DNA of 64,000 bases from Neoconidiobolus thromboides FSU 785 (GCA_025603075.1 MU626291.1:80078-144077), one strand, 5' to 3'. Counted from the stretch's first letter, positions 39,224 to 51,407 are shown. Numbers and translations are program-made. Notes: generated from the letters alone by a model not told the origin.

Positions 39224-39327
39224 TTTGGGAGTGTCTTTTTTGACTTCATTATTTTTTCCAATTTTTAAGTGCTATCTAAGTGGAAAATTTGCCAGTAAGA
39301 TTCTTAAATACAAAAATACATCCCCAT
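39224..39327 (+). mobile_element. MITE-like family A, copy 11
   Basis: tttgggagtgtc...gacttcatt...cttaaatacaaaaatacatccccat. Confidence 0.82.
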
Positions 39328-39517
39328 TTGGAATAATTAATAATTTAAGTTTACTAACAATTAAAATTGAGTTAAAATCAATTTTGATAGGTTCAAATCA
39401 ATTCGTTACTATATGCCTATTAAGTAAATAATTTTGTAGAAGAATAATGATAATAACTCTTTTTAAAATAGTAAATTACTCCACTCCAAAAACGTATTTG
39501 ATATCGTTGATATTCTA

Positions 39518-39620
39518 TATATGAGATGTATTTTAATCTTTAAGAATTTTACTAACAATTTTTCTATTCAAATAGCCCTTAAAAAATGAAAAAATAATGA
39601 AATAAAAAAACATCCCGATA
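39518..39620 (-). mobile_element. MITE-like family A, copy 12
   Basis: Reverse orientation: atatgagatgtatttt...ttcaaatagcccttaaaaaatg...catcccgata. Confidence 0.8.
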
Positions 39621-40091
39621 CCTTGGCTTCCCTTTTATCACTTCAAATAAATTATCCCTTCCATTTAATTTAAGTAATCTTTAATCGAATTAAATATCAT
39701 ATACTACCTTTTTTTTGACATTATTGAAAAATGTTAGTTAAAGATTTTTATTAATATATTAAATTTCATTTATTGATATTTTATTTTTTTGTTTTATTAA
39801 ATATCACACTTGATTTTCTTTACTCTAGCTCCTAATTTATGGTGCTATACCTTATCTTTATACTCTTAAAATAAAGGTAATTATTGATAGTTTTATGAAT
39901 TTTTTAATAATATTTATCTTTGTAATATTTAGACAATAGTTGTAATGTACCTTATGAAGAAATGTGTGAGTTAGAAGTGGATAAATTAACATTAGAATTG
40001 GTCATTAAGACTAGTTACAAGTTAATAGATAATAAGGCTATTTTAGTTATAATATATAATATAGTCAATAATTTTACTAGTGGTTAATAAA

Positions 40092-40197
40092 TATATGGAA
40101 ATATATATTTTTATTTAAGGATTTTATTAACAACCTTTCTACTCAAATAGTACTTAAAGAATGGAAAAATAATGAAATCAAAAAAAATCCTCATATA
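40092..40197 (-). mobile_element. MITE-like family A, copy 13
   Basis: Reverse orientation: tatatggaaatat...ctcaaatagtacttaaagaatgg...atcctcatata. Confidence 0.8.
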
Positions 40198-40934
40198 GAA
40201 TTTAAGAATTAAAAGAATTAAAAGATACATTAGATTACAACTAATATTTTAATTTACGCTCAATGACTCCAACTATATTAAACAATTTTAATAAAAGTGT
40301 ATCAAATGTTTTATATTAATTTAATAAGAGAATAATTACAATGGCGTTAATTTGATTATTTAATAGTATATTCAAAATTCAAACTTAAAGTAGCAACTAT
40401 TTAATTTAATTATACAGGGCTTTTAAATATGAGGTATTTAAAATTCTATATTATTATTATAGGAATAATTGTATTAAATATTTTCCCTCTTAAAATTAGT
40501 TCTAATTTTTATCAACAAATTAAATTTATTATTATTTTTAATACTTTATTTCATATTTAATCTTAACGTTATATTTTTTAATCATATTAAACAGTAAAAA
40601 TTTATTAATTTTTAATCACTTTTTCGATCATTAAAAAATGACCAATAATAACTCTAAAAATTCCACTTTATTGGTAAAATTTTCAAAGTGAAGTAAGCCC
40701 TTTAAAAAAATTCTAATCAATTAAGAGGTTCCAATCCTCGGTACCTACGATGAATATTTCAATACTACAAATTCCAGAGGCTAACAATATAACAAATAAT
40801 AAAACTTAATGAAGCGTATAAAACAACTACCAAATACCTTCAATACTTTCAATACCTTTAATTTTTATTTTTTTCTTTATAACTACTTAATCTCATTTAT
40901 TTTTTTACTCTGGCCAGTAAAAAAACATCTATAA

Positions 40935-43193
40935 ATGTATCAACTAATCTTAATAAGCACATTAATTCAAGCCATCAGTAATCATATTATTGATGAGGCT
41001 AGTATTAATTTAGGGAAAAAATTTCAAGATAGTAGTAAAACAGTATTACCCACAGATCAAGATATCACTTTAAAATCAGGAAAACGATATGAATATCCGT
41101 TTATGGCTTTAATTTCGGATCAAAAAACCCAATGTGGTGGAGCATTTATAAAACAAGATGTAGTATTGACAGCGGCTCATTGTATGAACAAAGATATTGA
41201 TTATAATGTAAAAAATTTTAAAGTTATGTTACATCGTTTTCGATTAGATGTAGATTTAGATTCGGATAATTCAAAACCATTTTCAATTCAACAAGTAATT
41301 TTTCATCCAGAATACAACTTTAATAAAAAATCAGGCACTCCAAATGATATTGTTATATTAAAAATAAATAATGATAATTTGAAAGAATATTTGGGCATCA
41401 ATTTGAATAATATGATTACTTTAGATGATGGTAAATATTCTAAGGTAGGTGAAGGGGCTAAATTATTAGGTTGGGGTACAACTTATAAACAATTAGAAAC
41501 TAATAAAAAAGGAAAACCAAGTTTAGTATTAAAAGAAATGAATTTAAAATTAGTGAATGAAAAATTGTGTAATTTTGTTGGTTATAAAAGAGGTTATAAT
41601 TTATGTACCCAAGGCTTATCAATGGATGATATTCCTTGTAAAGGGGATTCGGGTAGTCCATTGTTTCATTTATCTGAAGATACTACTTTACCTGTTTTGG
41701 TTGGTTTAGTTTCCTTTGGTGATTTGGAATGTAAAAGTTATTCTGCTTTTGTTAAAATTTCAGCTTATTTGGATTTTATTAATGAATTTGTAGAATTACC
41801 TCAATATAATAAATCAATTAATGGGAATACTACTAATACTTCATCAGTAATAAATAAATCTATGGTTATTTCAGAATCTAATGTATCTAGTTCTATATCA
41901 ACTACTTCAACCACTGTTATTCCTACTCTTATTCCATCCGAACCTAAAGCAACAGTTACTAAGACAGCCATTATAAATGAAACTACACCAACTATTAAAC
42001 CAGCTGATATCAATACTCTTTCATCTATTACAGTAACAGTAACTGAAAAAGAACCAATAATTACTTCATCAACTGTTTTAGAGTCAATGACTACTTTCGA
42101 GACATTGAGTAATTCTAAATTAATTCCAGAGTCTGTGACTCCAACTTCATTAATTTTATCTCCCACAGAACTCAACTCAATTAAAGTTAAATCAACTGCT
42201 GATACTGATGAATTAAGTTCTATTCGAGTCAAACCAACTAATGTAGTTAATGAACCTACCTCAACATTCTCAGAAATGCTTGGAGATCAAAAGGAGTTAA
42301 TTCGTACTGCTTCGATAGAATATGAAACGAATAAACCAATATTAAACAGTTCAACAAATAGAAGTAATAGTAATCTAAAACCAACCTCTATATCAGAGGA
42401 TGCTTCTGTAATGGAATCTTCCGATATTGTAAAACCAACTTCAATGTCTGAAGATATTTTAACTATGAAATCTACAAGTATTCCATCCAATGAAACTTCC
42501 AATATAGTTCAACCAACTTCTCTTTTGGAAGATAATTCTAAAACGGAACCTATTGCTGCTAGTACTGAGTTAACAAATGCGGCTACTGAAGGCAGTTCTA
42601 ATTCGAGGACCAATAGTTTTAATCAAACCCCCATTTCTACTAAATCTAGTTCCATTTTAAAAACTAGTAGTACAGACGGTATTGACATTGCTACTGATAT
42701 TAGCTCTACTCTAAAACCTAGTATCACTGGGTTAACAGATACACCTTTAAAAGCTAGCTCTACTTTGGAACTTAATGACACTGAATTGAGCTCTATTCCT
42801 ACTGAAGCTAGCTCCAGTTTAACAGCTAAGAATGCTGAAACCACTTCTATTCCTACAAAACTTAATTCTAGTTTGGAATCTGAGAATGTTGAATTGATTC
42901 CTACACCAACAGATGTTAATTTTACTTTAAGTAAATTACCATCCATTAGAGTAGCAACTGGATCTGGATCAACCTTACCAACTGTAGCAACTAGTACTTT
43001 AAATTCCTTACCTAGTAAACTTTATAAAACAAATAATGCTTCAATTACTTCATCTATACCTTCAGTTAATGAATTAGAACCCGTTGTTAAAGAAGTAGCT
43101 AAGAATATGGAATCCAACCCAAAGATGAGTGATAATCAAGTAAAGGAATTAATTCAATATTTACTTGGAAAATATACTCACAGTAAAAAATAA
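40935..43193 (+). CDS. Secreted trypsin-family (S1) serine protease with a ~460-aa Ser/Thr-rich tail, intronless
   Basis: Hydrophobic N-terminus; CGGAFI, LTAAHC, NDIVILK and CKGDSGSP give an intact triad; S/T/P-rich region after about aa 290. Confidence 0.9.
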   Translation: MYQLILISTLIQAISNHIIDEASINLGKKFQDSSKTVLPTDQDITLKSGKRYEYPFMALISDQKTQCGGAFIKQDVVLTAAHCMNKDIDYNVKNFKVMLHRFRLDVDLDSDNSKPFSIQQVIFHPEYNFNKKSGTPNDIVILKINNDNLKEYLGINLNNMITLDDGKYSKVGEGAKLLGWGTTYKQLETNKKGKPSLVLKEMNLKLVNEKLCNFVGYKRGYNLCTQGLSMDDIPCKGDSGSPLFHLSEDTTLPVLVGLVSFGDLECKSYSAFVKISAYLDFINEFVELPQYNKSINGNTTNTSSVINKSMVISESNVSSSISTTSTTVIPTLIPSEPKATVTKTAIINETTPTIKPADINTLSSITVTVTEKEPIITSSTVLESMTTFETLSNSKLIPESVTPTSLILSPTELNSIKVKSTADTDELSSIRVKPTNVVNEPTSTFSEMLGDQKELIRTASIEYETNKPILNSSTNRSNSNLKPTSISEDASVMESSDIVKPTSMSEDILTMKSTSIPSNETSNIVQPTSLLEDNSKTEPIAASTELTNAATEGSSNSRTNSFNQTPISTKSSSILKTSSTDGIDIATDISSTLKPSITGLTDTPLKASSTLELNDTELSSIPTEASSSLTAKNAETTSIPTKLNSSLESENVELIPTPTDVNFTLSKLPSIRVATGSGSTLPTVATSTLNSLPSKLYKTNNASITSSIPSVNELEPVVKEVAKNMESNPKMSDNQVKELIQYLLGKYTHSKK

Positions 43194-43317
43194 CAAGTTG
43201 ATATAAGGATTATGATGTCAATAAACATATAAAATATATAAAAAATGTATACTTTTCTTATTTTTAAACTCAATGTTTTTATTTTTATTACTTTTGTTCA
43301 TTCTTTTAAAACCAAAA

Positions 43318-44608
43318 TTACCACTTTGGATAACCAAATTGTTTAGTTGCTTGTAAAAAGGGAGCGTATGCTAAATAAATAAATATTATTATATTGTAAA
43401 TATATATTATATAAACTTACTTGTATGACAATCACTATTTTCATAATGTAATAATGCCTTTGGCATCATTTGGTTTAAATTTTTTAATCGATATTCCGAA
43501 CTTGGATGAGTTGATAAAAAACTTAATTTACCAAACATACCATCTAATTGAGACATTCTTTCCCATACTCTCAATGCTATTTTAATATTATTAATATTAT
43601 GTATTGTTATTATAAACTATTATAAATCATTATAAGTTTACCTTCTTTTGGATTAAAACAAGCTCTGGATGCCAATATTAAGCCAATTTCATCTGCTTCA
43701 ATTTCGCATTTTCTACTAAATGGTAAAAATATACCTTTAATAATAAAAATTGTTGATTATTAATATTGTACTATTGGATTATTATTTACCTAATTCTAAA
43801 AAGTATTTATTAAACAAAAAGGAAGGATCTGTAATTAAAGATATTAAAAAAGTTCCCTATAACTTATTATTAACTCAATATTCTATTGAAAGTAGCTACT
43901 TACCAAATAAACTAATTGATTAAAGGACATCTTTTCAGCTGAATGTCGAGCAATTTGATGAGCTACCTAAAATAATAATAAAATAAAAATGCTCTACTAT
44001 TATAATGAACTACTTACTTCATGTCCCAAAATAATCCCTAAAGCATCTTTGTTATCAGCTACTTCTAAAATACCAGTGAAAACAAAGATTTTGCCACCTA
44101 AAAAAAGCATCATCAATCTTCAATCTTGCATCAATCTATTTCTTTTTAAAAAAAAATTAATTCTACCTGGTAAAACAAAAGCATTTGGTATTTTATCATG
44201 AATGACGTTCACTTCCCATTTTAAATCTAAACCAGAAACATTAATAATTCGTTCGGCTACTTCTTGCACATATCGACTAACTCGATGATTTTTATCCACT
44301 AGTTTATGACCATACTCTGATAATACTTGTTCGTATGCTTGTATACTTAATTTTTCTTCTGCTTCTAAACTCATATTGATAAATCTCATACGCCCACTGA
44401 TAGGTACGGGCTCAAGATGAACATAGTAGTATACTCCTAATAAACCTCCTCCACCAAGGATAAGTAATCGACTGTCAATACCAAATTTCGTTTTATTAAC
44501 TGTATTGAAGCGCTGATATTGTTGATTGTTACCGAAACGTCGCAGTTGAATGGGTTTAATATGGTGAGATTTAAGTGTACGCTGAAGGGATTTGAATAAA
44601 AGTGACAT
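43318..44608 (-). CDS. OMA1: Mitochondrial M48 metalloendopeptidase Oma1, multi-exon
   Basis: Presequence-like N-terminus; YVHLEPVPISGRMRF; WEVNVI...PNAFVLPGGKIFVFTGIL; HEXXH (GHE|VAHQIARHSAEK) split by an intron; FSRKCEIEADEIG; STHP. Confidence 0.92.
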
Positions 44609-44853
44609 TTTGTTTGAAGTTTGACTTTATGAAATACAAAAAAAGAAATGTTAGTGACGTAAAAATTAAAATTTTGATTTATTAAAATTTATTAGATTTG
44701 ATGTTTTTGTTTGAAAAACTTCAACAAAATTTCATGAAGAAATTAAAAATTATATATGATCCTAAATAAAATAAAATAAAATAAAATAATTATTTTTATT
44801 AATTTAAAATTTCATTATTAAGTTTTATTATAGTACTTATAATATTTAAATCA

Positions 44854-46464
44854 TTAATTTTTTGATTTAAATTCTTTTAAACATTTGTCCACAATCTGCA
44901 TCCCTTTTACTACTTTAAGATCTTGATACCTTCTACCAATAACCTGAATACCAATAGGAATATCTTTCATTTTAATAGCATCATATTGGCTATACATAGC
45001 ATGTAAGCCAAGTCTACCTAACTCAAATTGATTATTAAACTTATTACTTAACCAATCATTTAATTGAATAGTATCTTTATCTGGAATAACTTTAGTAACT
45101 GGAATACAACCAGCTGGTAAATTTAATAAATTAGCTACCATAGAATACCCTGTACCAAATACTACTTTAGAAAATTGTTCATGTTCATGAGTTGGATGAG
45201 TATGAACTGGACTTATAATAAAATCTAAACTCAATTCATTTAATTGTTGATTAAATTTATCAAACAACAAATCCGCTTGATGATGTAATTGCCATAATTG
45301 GCCAGCCGAACGATTAGTTAAAATATCAAAGGTATTACTTAATATTTTTTCACCCATTAAATTATTTAGTATAAAATATATAATAAAATGTAATAAACTT
45401 GGTAATTTTGATAAATTATTTAAAGCAGCAACTGCCTTATCAAATCCTTCATCTTGGATTTTACTAGAGGCTTCTCTATAACTATCTGATCCAAATATTT
45501 TACTAGTTGTATTAAATACTTGATCAATTGGTAATGGATCAATTTCAATAACTTCATAACCTTGATCTTTCAATGCTTTTACAGTTTCTAATACTCCTCT
45601 TTCTACTGCTGGTGTAGTTGGTAACTTACCATAACTACTATAATATCCAAACCTGACTTTTTTATCATTAATAATATCCTCATCTCCTTTACTAATTGGA
45701 ATACAACTAGGGTCTACCTTCTGTCTATTTTTCGCCATCAACAAAGTTTCTACAAGTAAACTTAAATTTTCCATACTATTTGTCATTGGTCCAGGAGTTG
45801 GTTTAACATAGCCCTGACCCGATTGAAATTTAAATGAACCTTTGGTTGGTAAATAACCGCTAGTTGGTTTAAAACAATATATACCAGTCCAAGTAGCGGG
45901 ATATCTTAAACTGCCACCAACATCGGTACCGATACCAAATACACTACCACCTAATTTAATCAAAGGTCCCTCGCCTGAACTACTACCACCAGCTGAATAC
46001 TTTTTACTAATTGGATGGAACGTTCTTCCATTTACTGGATTGGTACTCTCGGTAGTTAATGCTAATTGACACATATTTGTTTTACAAAAAGGAATGGCAC
46101 CTAAACTTTTTACTAATTCAATCATACTACCATCTTTAACTGCCTTTTTATTTAAATTACATTTTAAGCCAGCAATGCTAGGATAACCTTTGATATCTAT
46201 CATATCCTTTACAGATACTGGGATACCGAGTAATGGGTAGTCGGATTCATTGAATTCAATACCAGAAGATATCTTTTCATCGAGATCTTTAGCTAAATTT
46301 AGAGCATACTCATCTAAACGTTGAGTTATACAATTGGTTTTGGAATGGGCTTGTTGGCTTGTTTCAATGAAATAAGACAATACATCAACTGCCTTCCAAG
46401 TTCCTTGACGTACGTTGTTAGCTATTTCTTGAATAGGAGTATTTTCCAAATTGATTAAAGTCAT
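44854..46464 (-). CDS. Amidase-signature family enzyme (FAAH/acetamidase-like), third copy, intronless
   Basis: 536 aa; GIPVSVKD, GGSSSGEG, GIGTDVGGSLRYPA; colinear with 36968-38563 but well diverged. Confidence 0.93.
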   Translation of the reverse strand: MTLINLENTPIQEIANNVRQGTWKAVDVLSYFIETSQQAHSKTNCITQRLDEYALNLAKDLDEKISSGIEFNESDYPLLGIPVSVKDMIDIKGYPSIAGLKCNLNKKAVKDGSMIELVKSLGAIPFCKTNMCQLALTTESTNPVNGRTFHPISKKYSAGGSSSGEGPLIKLGGSVFGIGTDVGGSLRYPATWTGIYCFKPTSGYLPTKGSFKFQSGQGYVKPTPGPMTNSMENLSLLVETLLMAKNRQKVDPSCIPISKGDEDIINDKKVRFGYYSSYGKLPTTPAVERGVLETVKALKDQGYEVIEIDPLPIDQVFNTTSKIFGSDSYREASSKIQDEGFDKAVAALNNLSKLPSLLHFIIYFILNNLMGEKILSNTFDILTNRSAGQLWQLHHQADLLFDKFNQQLNELSLDFIISPVHTHPTHEHEQFSKVVFGTGYSMVANLLNLPAGCIPVTKVIPDKDTIQLNDWLSNKFNNQFELGRLGLHAMYSQYDAIKMKDIPIGIQVIGRRYQDLKVVKGMQIVDKCLKEFKSKN

Positions 46465-47944
46465 TTTATTTTAATTTTGAACTAAAAGTATAGAAAATAA
46501 ATTTCATTTGCATTTAATGTTAATTTTCCACCTCAATTAGTCTGTAATGTGACATTTGGAATTTTAGGATGATTTAACCTGGCTGGATAAATCTTTGAGG
46601 ACTATTGGTTGAACTTAATTTGACAGACTCTGGACTATTCTAAGGAATTTCAAAGCTATTTTTAGGTTTTCGTTTTTTTGAAATAAAATCCAGAAATATC
46701 ATATACAGCTATAACAAAGATCAAAGACTATAAATTTTAATGATAAAGTTATTCATTAAGTAATAAATCTTAACTTATCTTATCTCTAGAACCTTACTTT
46801 AATTCTATCATATTTAACATTCAATTAGTTTTTAAACTTTCCTTATCTACTTTAATGAAGCATTTGAAGGGGCTTAATTTCTTTAAAGTTTAAAAAAGTA
46901 TTAATTTTTGGTGTATTTATACTATTTGAGATGCTTATTATAATAGTTATCCATGTTATTACAAATAAGAGTAATGAGTGACTACTACTTTAGAAATGCA
47001 TTTATCAACAATTATTATTATATCAAGGTATTGAATATTGCATGATCAATTTAGTAATAAATTATCTCATAATTAAAAAACTAGAATGCATTTTTATTAG
47101 AAATGAGAAGTTTAATTGAGTTTTTAAATTTCCTGTTAGACTATGAATGTTTTAAGTTTTAATATTTAGATAGTAATTTTTAAATTTTACATTATGTAAA
47201 AAATGAGTAAAATAATAACTTAAAAAGGACTGATATAGTGATGTTTTCTTATTTAAAAATCTGGAATAACTTGAATTTCACTGAAAATATTATTATTCGA
47301 AATTTTCTAACTTGGAAATTCTGTTAGTTAAGAACCCATAAAAGTATTTAAATATACAATAAACTTCAAATTGATTTCAAGTGAATAATTTAGATCACTA
47401 TATTTTTAATAACTCGATAAGGAGGTTATAAAGAAATATGAAATAGAAAGTAAGATAGATGTCCGAAGCTAGAGCTTCTATTTGAAAGAAAATGAAATTA
47501 GTTAATCAATTAATTATTGAGATATAAAACTTCCGAAATTTTTTGAGTTATCAAAGTGCTACTTTTTTTAAAATATCAAATAAAACGTTTTTCTTAAAAG
47601 AATATAAATTATATACTTTTAAACATATAGTTTGTTTGATAAATACGTTTCAAAAGTATTAAAATTGAAAATAGTTAAATAACTATAAAATTTAGTGCTT
47701 AAGGCCTGGTTGCTTTATATTAATTATAAAAAGCTGAAAGTTAAGCAAAGTATAATAATTTCGTAAAAAAATGCTCAAAATATTAAAAAAAGCTATTTAA
47801 TAGAGTATAAAACTATACTAACAATAAAAATAATATAAATAATATAAATAAGGAAAATAACTATTTATGTTAAAACATTAATTAATATAGCTAAAAAAAA
47901 ATTAAATAAAAAAATTAAAGATGTATTAATATTCAAGATTTAAC

Positions 47945-48052
47945 TATATGGGGATGTATTTTTATATTTAAGGATTTTATTAATAATTTTTCCGCTCAAA
48001 CAGTACTTAGAGGATGGAAAAAGTAATGAAACCAAAAAAAACATCCCCATAT
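47945..48052 (-). mobile_element. MITE-like family A, copy 14
   Basis: Perfect termini tatatggggatgt...acatccccatata. Confidence 0.9.
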
Positions 48053-48062
48053 AATAAAATAT

Positions 48063-48170
48063 TATATGGGACTGTATTTTTTGTTTAAGAATTTTACTAA
48101 TAATCTTTTCTTTCAAATAGCGCTTAAAAAATGGGAAAAGTAGTGAAGTCAAAAAAAACATCCCCATATA
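48063..48170 (-). mobile_element. MITE-like family A, copy 15
   Basis: tatatgggactgt...tcaaatagcgcttaaaaaatggg...acatccccatata; 10 bp from copy 14. Confidence 0.88.
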
Positions 48171-48265
48171 AACTACAAAATTAGTTTTTATAATTTATAT
48201 CATTTTACTAAATTAGCTTTAAACTTTTTTATTCAAATTGATTTATACAAGTAGTGTTATTTTAT

Positions 48266-48366
48266 TCGAAATATTTTTGTGTTTAAAAATTTTACTAATA
48301 ATCTTTCCACTCACAAATAATATTAAAACATGGGAAGTAATGAAGTTAAAAAAAATACTCCCATAT
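48266..48366 (-). mobile_element. MITE-like family A, copy 16 (diverged)
   Basis: tttttgtgtttaaaaattttactaata...atgggaagtaatgaag...tactcccatata. Confidence 0.72.
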
Positions 48367-49587
48367 AATAGTTACAAAAATAGCAACTTTTATATTCAAA
48401 TAAATAATAAATAATAAATAATAAATAATAAATAGTATAACTTAAATAAGAATTTAATTTTTAAAATAATTCAAAATACTGTTTTATTAGCTTTATATTT
48501 AAATTAGTTACAATTTAAATAATTAATATGAAATATTTAAAAGGAATTTTAATAGCAAACTTGATTTTTAAAATTATTTTTTTAATAAAACTACTAATTT
48601 TTTTATAGTGTTTTTTATAAAGTTTATAGTTATATCTTTTGTTTTATTGGTTTTAAAAAATTATTTAATTATTTATATTGTTTTTCAATTATTTTCTAAA
48701 TGTTTTTATTTTGATATAGTGATATTTATTTTATAAAATAGCACTAGTATCTAATTTGTTGTTTTAGTTTTTCAATATAATACCTCTTTATTCTTCCTAG
48801 CTAACTTTAATCTTTAATAACTTAGCTCATTAGCACATTAAGGTATTATTTACACTGTTTATCAATTTCGATTATTTGATTATATTTATTATAATTTTAA
48901 ATTATCGTTATTTCTGTTTTAGTATTAGCAGTTTCTATAAAATATGACAAAACACTTGCTGCATAACAAATATCTGGTAGATTTTCAAAAGTCTTAACTT
49001 TGTAGGCCATTCTAAGAAATTAATCTTGGATTGACTTTCGAATCTAGTTAAATTTATTTTTAAATCTAATTATTAGTTTATTTTTATCAATCTTATTTCA
49101 TAAAATCTAAAATAAAAAGGAGAAATTCTATTACAGAGAGCTATTACTGAATTTCACCTTAGATTTCTAGTCCGCTTTAAGATAAATTTTGATAAAAGGA
49201 GCTTAACGTAATAACTGAATTGACATTTTTTCATACTATATACTTATTATAATAATATATATGTATATATAGTACAATTTAACATAAAATAATTAATATA
49301 TTAAATGTTTATCTAATTAATTATGACAAAGAATAAAAGATGCGTTTCTCCGTAAAAGTAAAAAAATGAAATTGAGTTTAGCTATTGTTCCGTCAAAATT
49401 TAGGATAACAATAAATTGAAAGACTAAAAATGGAAATTGTGGACAAACTAATTTTTAATTAAAAAATTAAATGTAATAAATATACATTTTCACTCTTTAT
49501 TTCCTATTTTTCTAATATTTTTTATTTCTTTCAATTTAATTGACTTAAACACGATCTAAATAAATACAACAAACAAAATAAAAAGAC

Positions 49588-50299
49588 ATGGCAGGACGAT
49601 CACCATTTGATCGCAACAATGAAGGATTTCAAAGTATTCGAGATGAAGAAGCGGAGTTTGCCCCACCAAAAAAAAAGAAAACTACAGCTTGTTGTTGTTG
49701 TTTACCATTGTGGGCTACCTTTTTAATAATATTAATAATTATCAGTGGAACTGCTGTCACTTTATTCTTTCTATGGCCTAGAATACCATCTATTCAATAT
49801 TTATCTTCTTCTTTTGGTAAAGATGGTAACGATAACCAATTTTTGGAAAGCAATAAAGTTTTGTCTTCTCATTTCAAAGCTAATATGCAACTCAAAAATC
49901 CGAATTATTTGCCTCTAAATTTAAGAAATGTTACTATTGAAGTAAGTATTAGTATTGTTATTTCAATTCAATAATATTTATAATTTTTAGATTTCTATAC
50001 CAGTAGATGGTGGAAACTCAGTCAAAATAGGCCAAGGATATTTATTAGAAAGTATAATATTTCCTAGTAAAAGTACAACAGAGTTCGTAATTGATTCGGA
50101 TATAACGTTGGATTTAAAAAGTGATAGTAGCGATAACATTAAAGCGATTGATACTATTGTAAAAAGTTGTAAGAGTGAAACGAATAAGAAATTAAACTTA
50201 AATTATTTTGCTAAAACGGATGTACCTTTGGTATCTTGGACCGGTTATCAACCTTCTTTTTCAGGTGTCTTTGAAATGGATTGTCCCTTTAAAACTTAA
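49588..50299 (+). CDS. Single-pass membrane protein with a LEA_2/TMEM106-like domain; 2 exons
   Basis: CCCCLP before a TM helix (WATFLIILIIISGTAVTLFFLWPRIP); beta-rich domain with NPNYLPLNL; one intron at about 49942-49990. Confidence 0.7.
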
Positions 50300-51256
50300 G
50301 CTATTAGCATCATCATCATTTGGATATTTTATATTATGATATATAATATAAGTAGTATTAATATTATTTTTCTTTTTTATTAAATTTAAACGGTATAATT
50401 TATCTTTATTGCTTTCTTCATGCTATCATATAGTGTATTTTGTCATGTTGATTATTGCTATTTAACTTGTAATATGGGTCAATTACATCATATACTTCCA
50501 TATTTTGGTTTATCACTAATGTTATTCAACGTATTAAAATCCTACTATATTTTATAAATAATTATTTTAATATATGGTTCTTAAAATTTTTATTTTTAGA
50601 TAACAGGTAAATCAGTAGTATAACAATTAATAGTTTATTTTGAATAGCAATAACATCTTTATTTCAATTAAATAACAATTTTTTTATAATATATATAAGT
50701 TTAAATACATAGTTAAACTTATTGCATGAGCTTTCTCCTGCTCTCTACACTTATACTATTCTAGAGTCGTTTTATTAGGCTTGTTGCTTAAAGAATGCTT
50801 CTACTTTTACTCCAAAAACATTCAAAATTTTCTCCTTTTACTTTAAAGAACTGCTCCTTTTCTCAATATACTCTTTCCTAAAAACTATAACGCTTTTAGT
50901 TTAATTTTTCGTATTAAATATCACAAGAGCTCATCTTGAATTTTTTAAAGTATTACAATTTTATTCGTTGAGTTCTACAATAAGTTGTTTTTTTAAAAGT
51001 AATGTTCATAATTATCATGATTCTATTGATCAATAGCCTTATGTAAGGTACTTATAAGAAATAAGTTCGAAGTTATTTTTATATACCAAGTGTTTGAAAG
51101 TCTAAATTATTTTTTAATAGCATAGTGTATTAAAAATATATAATATTGTTAAAACAATACACAAATAATTATACCTTAGTTTTATAAGAGAAACCGAAAT
51201 TCATTAAACTAAACTAAAAAATAAATATCAAATTATTTTAAACATTATCATAAATT

Positions 51257-51363
51257 ATATAATTGAAGGTTTCTTTTGGCTTCATTACTTTTTCCATTTT
51301 TAAGCGCTATTTAAGCCAAAAGATTGTTAGTAAAATCTTTAAACAAAAGAATACGCCCCTAAT
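51257..51363 (+). mobile_element. MITE-like family A, copy 17
   Basis: ttttggcttcattactttttccatttttaagcgctatttaag...atacgcccct. Confidence 0.8.
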
Positions 51364-51407
51364 TATAAATATTATAAATAGCTTGGAAATATGAACTAAA
51401 GCTAAGG

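Noticed and set aside
41801-42946. Minus-strand ORFs (143, 71 and 107 aa) inside the trypsin tail
   Set aside because: Antisense shadows of S/T-rich codons; no motifs.
47940-48167. 75-aa ORF MGMFFLTSLLFPFFKRY... with an internal repeat
   Set aside because: It is the translation of two tandem family-A MITE copies, not a gene. The same applies to ORFs 39201-39431 and 26629-26832.
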